Below are positions 54,689 to 64,000 of a stretch of 64,000 bases of DNA, in pieces. A program made the position numbers and the translations under genes. Each line of letters starts with the position of its first letter. Position 1 is the first letter of the stretch. The stretch is from Octopus sinensis. Its lineage: Eukaryota. The notes under the pieces are model-generated. The model was not told the DNA's origin and ran no database searches. It saw nothing but the letters and a program-made list of their open reading frames with translations. The stretch spans positions 30,070,001-30,134,000 of the forward strand of contig NC_043015.1 of NCBI RefSeq assembly GCF_006345805.1, read 5' to 3'.

Positions 54689-54799
54689 ATGGGATCCGTT
54701 GTGTTGACGGTTTTGTCTGTGACAATAGGGATCTTTTTTATCTTCATCGGAACTCTGAAATTAAACTCATCTATAAGCACAGAAATTTATAGGGAAATG
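54689..54799 (+). CDS. TMEM35A: TMEM35/NACHO first coding exon (MGSVVLTVLSVTIGIFFIFIGTLKLNSSISTEIYREM)
   Basis: Resembles NACHO TM1 (LSVALGLFFVFMGTIKL...YSEM). Ends in a GTGAGT donor after EM, the position I recall for the vertebrate intron. Good start context GCCAAGATGG. Confidence 0.88.
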
Positions 54800-55320
54800 G
54801 TGAGTTTCGTTTGTTTTTTTTTGATTAAAAAAAAAAACAAAAAAACATAAGATTTTAAAATTTTATGTTCTGAAGAATACAAAAAAAAAAGAAGAAAAAA
54901 AAACCCCTAAAAAAACTCCCGGTCTGTAATTAACCTTCCAACGACATGTGTCTGTGTGCGTGTGTGCTCGTGTGTCGTGTATGTATGTATGTATGCGCGT
55001 CAGCTTGTGAATGTATGTGTGTGTGTATGCGTATGTGTGTGTATATCCATGTGCGTGTGTTTGTATGTGTGTGTGTCTGTGCGTGTGTGCTCATATGTTG
55101 TGTATGTATGTATGCGCCTCAGCTTGTGAATGTATATGTGTGTGTATACGTATGTGTGTGTATATGCATGTGCGCGCGTTTGTATGTGTGTATGTGTGCG
55201 TGCGTGTGAGTGTGTGTGCACAGCTGCCCGAAACGTAAAATCTCAGCTTCACATTCAGACAAACTTATTTATGTTTATAGCCGGCAATAGATATCACCAA
55301 TTTCTTACAGATTCCGATTT

Positions 55321-55352
<32 letters not shown>

Positions 55353-56110
55353 TATATTTTCGCTAATATATGTAGGCATATTTATGTGTGTGTGTACATA
55401 TAAACACACAAACACATACACACACGTACACATGCAGTGTTAATAATTATGATACTGTCACATCAAATTATGTCATGCCTTTTAATACAAGTAAAGATGG
55501 AATGAATTAACTGGGAATCGAAACCGGATCGTGGAACCAGTATTCACCGTGGAGGGTTTTTTTAAAATCTCTTTTAGCTTTTAACTTCTGTCTAATTACT
55601 TGCAGTAAATACCATAACTAAATCACACAGCCCCTTTGCCTTAATTCCTCGCCCAATTTTATCCTAGAAATGCATGTGAAATTGTTTGCCGTCCATCATC
55701 GCATGCCTTTATGAGGACTAACCCCAGAAAGGCATGCATTTTACAAACTCCCTAAAACATCCTCATCCCCCATCTTTCACCCTTCCTTTGAAAGCACTAG
55801 CATCATCATGCCTACGAAGGAGCCTTTATATGTTGTTCAATCTAAGGGGAAAAACAGCTAATCCTTCGAATTTCATTTTGCTTATGTATTATGTATGTGT
55901 ACTTGTGTGTAGGCCCTTTAAGGGCCAAAAAGGTAAGAATTTTACTTCGCAATCATACCGTCGCGGTATCTTGGGTAATTCATGTTCTATCAATTCAGTT
56001 CGTTCGACCGATACTTTATGAGTGAAATTGGATAAACGGAAACTGTATGGAAGGCCATCGGATGGATTGTACCTGTAATTTAACAGCCCAACGAAACTCT
56101 GACCAAGATC

Positions 56111-56149
<39 letters not shown>

Positions 56150-56677
56150 TACACACAATGGGATGGTTATGACTGGAGCGTCTTTGGATCGTAGATATGT
56201 TAGATTAGATGTAACCCAGGGGCGAAATAATCATGCAGCACTACACTAACCCTGCTAACTGCTAGAAATAGCAAGCGACTCTTTAAAAATGGAAGAACTC
56301 ATTGGATAAATATAGTCAGATATACACGACGGAATGGTCATGACTAGAACGACTTTGAACGTAGGCCTGTTAAGGACAGTGTTGACCTGGAGTAATACAA
56401 CAACAGCTGTCATAACAGGCTCCAACCTCTGACACGCAGACATGCTGTCTTCTCTGCCACTACTACAGTTGGCTGATCTTTTATTAGCTTCATGAAGGAC
56501 CAGCTACCCCCCACTAGTCTCTTTCCCCCCACCACATACATACACCTAGCTTTGCTGTTAATTACTATTCCCTCACTTCCTCTGCAGAGCATTTCCCCTC
56601 TAGAATTCAGTCTCTATACTTTTCCTGTAGTCTCAGAGGACTGAAGGCTATGAGGACAGGCTCTTCTGATAGACTAA

Positions 56678-57122
56678 CCCATTAGTGTTTAACCCTTTAG
56701 CATTCACATTAATTCATCAATTGTAATGCTTATTTATCCACATTATTTCAAATTAATTCTGCATTATCTCATAGCTTCGGGATTTTGATGAACTGATTGT
56801 CTATGTTAAGAATAACACTGTAGGGTAGGTGTGAGAGGCGGGATCTGGCCTGTTTGAACATAAAATAGATCAAATATTTGGGCCAGATATGGCCTGTTTG
56901 AATGCTAAAGGGTTAAACTGGTCACATCCGGCCCAATATATTCTACATGTTTTATATTTGAACTAGCCATATCTAGCCTCTCACACCTAACCTACATTGA
57001 AATTCTAAGAATAAATATTCACATCATTGAAACCTCAAAGCTATAAGATAAAGCATGATTAATTCAAAACAATTTGAGTGAAAAAGCATTACATTTAACA
57101 GAATAATCTGAACATTAAAGGC
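56678..57122. mobile_element. P2 MITE (56693-56912) inserted in reverse into an older P2 copy
   Basis: Inner copy is TTAA-flanked. The outer copy's end (56678-88) and body (56917-57122) are the reverse complement. Confidence 0.75.
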
Positions 57123-58004
57123 CCTTTAACACCTCTTCTTCCCCATAGTGAAAATTACTTTCAAAGGTTGGCTATGGTGATGATTAGAGAAAGAAAAATG
57201 AATTTGGGAATTAAAACAGTTTATTGATCGACTTCTGGACTGGTAAAGCGTGTCATTTGATCTCAGTCTCACAAGTATCCAGCTCAGTTGCTTATTTTCT
57301 ACTTCAACTGTGTAATAATAATAATGGTTTCTAATTTAAGCACAAGGCCACCAATTTTGAAGGGTGAGGTTTAGTTCATTACATTGACCCCTCCCTCCTC
57401 CTTCCCAGTATATGACTGGTATTTTGGTATTTTATTTTATTAACTCAAAAGGGATGAAAGGCAAAGTTGATCATAGCGAGATTTGAACTCGGAACGTAAG
57501 GAGTTGAAAGAAATAACACAAGCATTTTGTCTGAGGCTCTACTGATTCTGTCAGTCCACCGCAAAATTGGCGCACGGTCAGAATTTGTTAACTGGTAACT
57601 TCATTGACTTCTCAAAAGGATGACAAGCATAGTTGATCTCGATGAGATGTGAACCTAGGAAATGTAAAGAATTGGAACAAATACATTTTCGTTTAATGTT
57701 CCTCTGATACTGCTAATCTGCTTCTCTGAAAAATAATGGTTTTTGATTTAAGCACAAGGTCCAGTAATTGTTAAGGGAGGGGCTAGTCCAGTGGTTCTCT
57801 ATAATTTTTTACCTATGGACTACTTTGATTCCTTTTTGACTCAGGTGGATCCTCATAACCATTGGATGTTTAAAAAATCTTATTGTATTTTTCTAATTAA
57901 ATATTATTAAGAATTGTATAAAAAAATTGTTAAAATATTTTATGTATTTTAGGAGCATAAACCAATTTATTGTACATAAATTTTAACTGCAAAATCTTAT
58001 ATGG

Positions 58005-58026
58005 AAATTGAAAGAAGTTCGTCGTA

Positions 58027-58074
<48 letters not shown>

Positions 58075-58290
58075 CATGTGTATGTTTGTGTGTCTGTGTT
58101 TGTCCCCCTAGCATTGCTTGACAACCGATGCTGGTGTGTTTATGTCCCCGTTACTTAGCGGTTCGGCAAAAGAGACTGATAGAATAAGTACTAGGCTTAC
58201 AAAAGAATAAGTCCCGGGATCGAGTTGCTCGATTAAAGGCGGTGCTCCAGCATGGCCGCAGTCAAATGACTGAAACAAGTAAAAGAGTAA
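58005..58290 (+). mobile_element. SINE family A, 5'-truncated
   Basis: 3' two-thirds of the consensus. Confidence 0.85.
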
Positions 58291-59203
58291 AGTTGACCTC
58301 AGTGGAATTTGAACTCAGATTGTAAAGAGCCAGAAGGGCATTTATTTTTTTACCATCAGATCAATAATTTCTAACACAGGTAGAAAGAAGGCTTGAAATA
58401 TGAGGGTAGAGGGTTAATCAAATTGACCCAGTACGTTACTGGTACTTTCTTTTATTGACCCTGTTTAAGATGGTAATGAAGTTGACTGTGGCTGGATTTG
58501 AAACCAGAATGTAAAGAGCCAGAACAAATACTGCAAGGTATTTTTGTTCAATGCTCTAACAATTCTGCAAATCACTATCTTTAATAATAATAATAATAAT
58601 AATAATTTTCATTATTCACACAAGGGAGACAGATATAGGACATTACAAGGACACAGAAGTAAATGGTAATAATACACATATACCTTCTTCTTCTTCTATT
58701 GATTGTAATCATACTGATGATGATGATGATGATGCATGTAGACAGACTGTTAACGGCTGATTATTAGCATTCGATAGCAGCGGATATTGATCATTATTTC
58801 TCTGTTTTATACATTTTTTCCAGTGTTTCTTAGATCAATTGTATGCAGGCACAGTAATGTGGTTAAGAAGTTGGCTTTGCAACCATGTGCTTCCAGGTTT
58901 GCTCTGTGTGGCAATCTGTTTGTAGTCTTCGATTGATTGACCAATGTTTTCTGCTTGGGCCCATGTATATATGTATATATATATATGTATGTGTATATAT
59001 AAGGGGCTGCTTGCTGTCCATCCATGTGGTCTTGGATTCAGTCTCACTGTCCAGTACCTTTGGTGAGAGTCTTCTATAGTCTCAGACTGACCTAAGCCTT
59101 GTGGATGGATTTGGTAGATGGAAACTGAAAGAAGCCTGTTGTGTATGTGTGTGTATGCATCATCATCGTTTAACGTCCGTTTTCCATGCTAGCATGGGTT
59201 GGA

Positions 59204-59238
<35 letters not shown>

Positions 59239-59391
59239 ATATATATTGTATATGTATATAAAGCACCATTTGAGCGTGGTCGTTACCAGCATCGCCTTAC
59301 TGGCACGTGAAAAACAACATTCGAGCGAGGTCATTGCCAGTGCCGCTGGACTAGCTCCTGTGCAGGTTGGCACATGAAAACCACATTTGAC

Positions 59392-59590
59392 TGGCCACAA
59401 GGGGACAAACAAGGACAGACAAACGGATGAAGTCGATTATATCGACCCCAGTGCGTAACTGGTACTTAATTTATCAACCCCAAAAGGATGAAAGGCAAAG
59501 TCGACCTCGGCGGAATTTGAACTCAGAACGTAACGGCAGACGAAATACGGCTACGCATTTTGCCCTGTGTGCTAATGTTTCTGCCAGCTA
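59392..59590 (-). mobile_element. SINE family B, 3'-truncated
   Basis: Consensus homology. Confidence 0.85.
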
Positions 59591-60554
59591 GCCTGTTTCT
59601 GTCCCTCTGTCACACTCTAACCCCTCTTCACCTAGCTCAAGGCCACCTCTACCAATACCCCTCCTCTTGAAGGATCTTTGTCTTGTGAGTTACTTGGTGA
59701 CCCTGCTGGTGCCACACGAAAAGCATCCAATCCACACTGTAAAGTGTTTGGTGTTTGGAAGGGCATCCAACTGTAAAAATCATGCCAAAGCAGACCTCGC
59801 CAGTGCTGGTGCTATGTATAAAGCACATGGGCGACTTTGTTTACTGAGGTTCAGTGGAAGATTTTAATTCAGAACTTTTGAAAATATGACATTTGTACTA
59901 CAGAGCCAGAGGTGGTTTCACATGGGTTGGTATCAAATGGTTGCCATTAGGAAAGGCACCCAGCCATAGAAACCATGCCAAAACAGACAGTGAAGCCTGG
60001 GGCAGTCTTCTGGCTTGCCAGCTCCTGCCAAACTTTCTAACCCATGCCAGCATGAAAAAATGGACGTTAAATTCATGATATATTATGCATATACAAACAG
60101 AGGTGTCCCTCGGTTTACATAGTAGATTTCTTTTTCTGTCAATCCACTGTACAAATTGAATTTGTGTAAATCGAAGGGTATGAATTTTATTGATATATTT
60201 ATGCATAAATAGATTTTCGACCATTATTGAAATTGGGATACATGAGTAGATGCATCTGTGTCTGTGTTCATATTTATGCCTGTGTGAGAACCACTGTTGG
60301 AGGAGAAATAGAAATCAATGAAATAAGTATCATCAGACTTGTGTATATTACTCTGGTCAATATTATCAACTAAAACCTTTGAAAGCAGTTTTTTTTTTCC
60401 CGCCTCACTCTATCCATATTTAGTATGCAGAAGCGAAATGAAAGGAAGATGAGAAACTGAAATGGAAAAATCAAAATGCAGTGGTGTTTGTAAATATTAG
60501 ATTATAAAAAAATAATAATAATAATAAATACCGTATTTGATGGTATATAAAAAG

Positions 60555-60945
60555 GAGTGGCTGTGTGGTAAGTAGCTTGCTAACCAACCACATGGTTCCG
60601 GGTTCAGTCCCACTGCGTGGCACCTTGGGCAAGTGTCTTCTGCTATAGCCCCGGGCCGACCAATGCCTTGTGAGTGGATTTGGTAGACGGAAACTGAAAG
60701 AAGCCTGTCGTATATATGTATATATATATATATATATGTATGTTTGTGTGTCTGTGTTTGTCCCCCTAGCATTGCTTGACAACCGATGCTGGTGTGTTTA
60801 CGTCCCCGTAACTTAGCGGTTCAGCAAAAGAGACCGATAGAATAAGTACTGGGCTTACAAAAGAATAAGTCACGGGGTCAATTTGCTCGACTAAAGGCGG
60901 TGCTCCAGCATGGCCGCAGTCAAATGACTGAAACAAGTAAAAGAA
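60555..60945 (+). mobile_element. SINE family A
   Basis: Full head-to-tail homology with 18-403. Confidence 0.9.
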
Positions 60946-61103
60946 TAAAGAGTATTTAAAAAAAAGAAAAGTCTCACCCACCACCCTCCCTGATTCAGAA
61001 TGCTAATGTAGGCCTGTGTTACAAGCATAAATGTACTAAAATCTTATTCACTGAATAATATTTGTCTTCCTCAGCAAACCTGAGTCCTGGTTGTGCTATA
61101 TTA

Positions 61104-61521
61104 AGGCGGCGAGCTGGCAGAATCGTTAGCACGCCGGGCGAAATGCATAGCTGTATTTCGTCTGTCGTTACGTTCTGAGTTCAAATTCCACCGAGGTCGA
61201 CTTTGCCTTTCATCCTTTCGGGTTCGATAAATTAAGTACCAGTTTCGCACTGGAGTCGATGTAATTGACTTAATCCCTTTGTCTGTCCTTGTTTGTCCTC
61301 TCTGTGTTTAGCCCCTTGTGGGTAATAAAGAAATAGGTATTTCATTTGCCGCTACGTTCCGAGTTCAAATTTCGCCGAGGTCAACTTTGCCTTTCATCCT
61401 TTCAAGGTCGATAAATAAAGTACCAGTTACGCACTGGGGTCGATGTAATCGACTTAATCCATTTGTTTGTCCTTGTTTGTCTCCTCTATGTTTAGCCCCT
61501 TGTGGGCAATAAAGAAATATA
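61104..61521 (+). mobile_element. SINE family B, dimer
   Basis: Junction at about 61337. Confidence 0.9.
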
Positions 61522-62183
61522 TATATTTTGGGTTCTCCACTCCTTACAATGACTCTCTCTTCCTCCCCCTCATGCACTACATCTCCTCTCCCCTTTGCTT
61601 ACTAGCAACTGTATCATCTTTACTACTTCTGCAGCTGGCTGCTCTCCCCATCCTCTCTTCTGCAGCTCTCATCATCACCAGTTCTTAGTTCTTGTCTCAT
61701 CTTCCCTTCAATCCTACCCATTTTGGCAGTCTGCTTCCACCATCACCACTCATTCACCTTCCCATACAATCTTAGAAACAACCCACACACCTAACCACCC
61801 ACTTCTACTCAGTGTTTGCCTTTTGGGCCACCCAGGCACCTTAATACCATTCTGTGCTGTGCAGCTACCACTAATCATTTTGCCCCTCCCCTTATTTTTT
61901 TAACACTGGACGTGAGTAGCCATGTAGGTCTCTGCAGAAACCTGCTTTGTCCCTCTCTCTCATAAGTGACCCCTTTATTCCTAAGAATGAGACTGACCTC
62001 CACCCACCAGGGCTCATAGTTCTGCGAACTGCATGGCAACCTCAATAGTGCAGGTGGCCCGAAAAAGCACCCAGCCCACGCTGTAAAGTGGTTGATGCTA
62101 GGAAGGGCATCCAGCTGTAAAAACCATGCCAAAGCAAATGCTGGAGCTTGATGCAGTCTTTGGATACATCAGAGTCTGTCAAA

Positions 62184-62416
62184 CCTATTTCTTTACTACC
62201 CACAAGGGGGAAAGACAGAGGGGACAAACAAGGACAGACAAACGGATTAAGTCGATTACATCGACCCCAGTGCGTCACTGGTACTTAATTTATCGACCCC
62301 GAAAGGATGAAAGGCAAAGTCGACCTCAGCGGAATTTGAACTCAGAACGTAACGGCAGACGAAATACGGCTACGCATTTCGCCCGGCGTGCTAACGTTTC
62401 TGCCAGCTCGCCGCCT
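62184..62416 (-). mobile_element. SINE family B, monomer
   Basis: Consensus homology. Confidence 0.9.
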
Positions 62417-62565
62417 TGTAACCCATGCCAGTATGGAACATGGAATGTTAGATGATGACGCTGATGATGATGATACACTGCTATATGCCCATACATCTTT
62501 TATGCCATACTATGGAAAGTAGTGCTAAACCAAGCTATACTAAAAATGAAAGCGTTCACACTCTC

Positions 62566-62830
62566 TATCTGCTCAGTCGAAGTCGACTCTCGGTCACTCA
62601 TTGGATCAGTGTCCTCCAGTCAGTTCTATCCTGGGCCACTTCTTTCAGACTGGCTATGTCCATTCTGGTATCACTCTTGATGGTGTCAAGCCAGCGGGTT
62701 CTTGGTCGGCCTCTTCCTCTCTTGCCACTGACCATTCTGAGCATGATGTCCTTCTCCAGGGATTTTCTCTGCATAATATGACCGAAATAAGCCAATCTAT
62801 GCTTGGTGATCCTAGCTTCTAGCGACATTT
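62566..62830 (-). mobile_element. 3' fragment of an RTE/BovB-like LINE
   Basis: RLAYFGHIMQR.SLEKDIML..VSGKRGRGRPRTRWLD.IK...AQDR..WR motif. Confidence 0.85.
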
Positions 62831-63137
62831 TCACACTATATGTGTGTTTATATCCTCCTTGTCTAGACATTGTGTGACAGTTATAAATGAACATCACCAT
62901 CATACAAGCAATGTTATTCGTTTCCAATATTCTGCGAAAACATATCTGGCTATAAAGGAAACATTGCCTTCTTTGGAAACAGGCGAGGGTTGGCAACAAG
63001 GAAAGGCATCTGGTGTAGAGAATCCCTCTCAATAAACAGTCTGACCCCTGCCAGCAAGGAAAAGTGGACATCAAAATGAGGAATAAATTGCAATTGAATA
63101 ACAAGAAAAATTAATAATACGGGTGTAGATGTCTTAA

Positions 63138-63764
63138 TCTTTTTGTTGCCATATTTCCGTTGAGATGTTCTGTGTTTCAATTAATCTCTCTATATAAACG
63201 GCAGTTTGTCTATCTGTGTGTCTGTCAGGTTGTACCCTCACCCTGACGACGGCTTTCAACCGATTCTGATGAAACTTGACACACACATAGCCCAATGTCA
63301 TAATTCAAAACTAACGCAGCGAAAATTTTGAAAAGTTCCCCCAGTTCTGAAAAATATGATAAATTCGACATGGGGTCGAGAATCTAAGCTTTTTATATGC
63401 AACACATTTTCTGTTGTAGTTTTCACAACTTGCAATCGGGGGACAGCTAGGAACATCGTATACACAGAGGTATTCGAGTGAAGAGAAGACATTGCAACCT
63501 ACACATGCGCCTTCGTTCCCTAGAGGGAAAGGACTAGATTGGGATTAGTCGTTGCCTACTAGGGGCTCTTACATACCCGGCCAATGCTGCTAGTTTTATA
63601 TATAACAAAGAATTTAGTAAAATAACTTAGTTATCATTAAGCTAGTGTTAGGAGCATAAATTGTGACTAAGGTTTGTTGGAAGATTTTAATTCAGAACTT
63701 TTGAAAATATGACATTTGTAGTACAGAGCCAGAGGCAGTTTCAGGTGGGTTGGTAATGGAAGGG
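63138..63764. mobile_element. piggyBac-type MITE P1 copy with a nested Helitron
   Basis: TTAA flanks; internal sequence colinear with 5850-6457. Confidence 0.75.
63185..63593 (+). mobile_element. Non-autonomous Helitron
   Basis: A|TC...CTAG|T ends, no TSD, degenerate GC-rich sub-terminal stretch, 5' tctatataaacggc + (tctg)n. Confidence 0.7.
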
Positions 63765-64000
63765 TTAACGAGATAATTACACAATAATCTTGATTCATGA
63801 TTAGTTAATGAAATGTGAACAGTACTTTTGGAATTGATGTAAATGCTTGGTGTTCTATAATTTTTTAAATGCCCTGCTTATTGGGACAAACTATAAATGA
63901 GTTATGTGTAAAAACATTATTGGGGGCTGATGTGTAGAATGCAGAGGTGTGGCTGGGTGGTTGAGAAGTTTATTTCCCAACTGTGTTGTTTCAAATTTGC

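Noticed and set aside
54800-64000. NACHO exon 2
   Set aside because: No matching coding segment was found by eye; it probably lies beyond the window.

Overview
AT-rich, microsatellite- and SINE-dense eukaryotic DNA; the repeat families and gene content point to an octopus/coleoid cephalopod (inference). I reconstructed two genes by hand from GT-AG junctions with consistent phases. (1) AMBRA1 on the minus strand has 7 coding exons, from ATG at 19328 to a donor at 620, and continues beyond the left edge. It includes a 5,139-nt internal exon encoding about 1,713 aa of Ser/Asn-rich sequence. (2) The first coding exon of TMEM35/NACHO, a nicotinic acetylcholine receptor chaperone, is on the plus strand at 54689-54799, behind a CCAAT+ETS promoter; later exons were not found. 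The rest is intron and intergenic DNA with at least four tRNA-derived SINE families, CR1/L2 and RTE LINE fragments, a full-length degenerate maT/Tc1-mariner, piggyBac- and Mutator-type MITEs, a non-autonomous Helitron, mini/microsatellites and several nested insertions. The most unusual signal is five minimal type-I hammerhead-ribozyme-like motifs in two short repeat families. One family has a CUGUNGA core (A6 to U); the other has a swapped G3-C8 core pair. Both use a palindromic stem III, which would require dimeric folding. All alignments and folds were done by eye.
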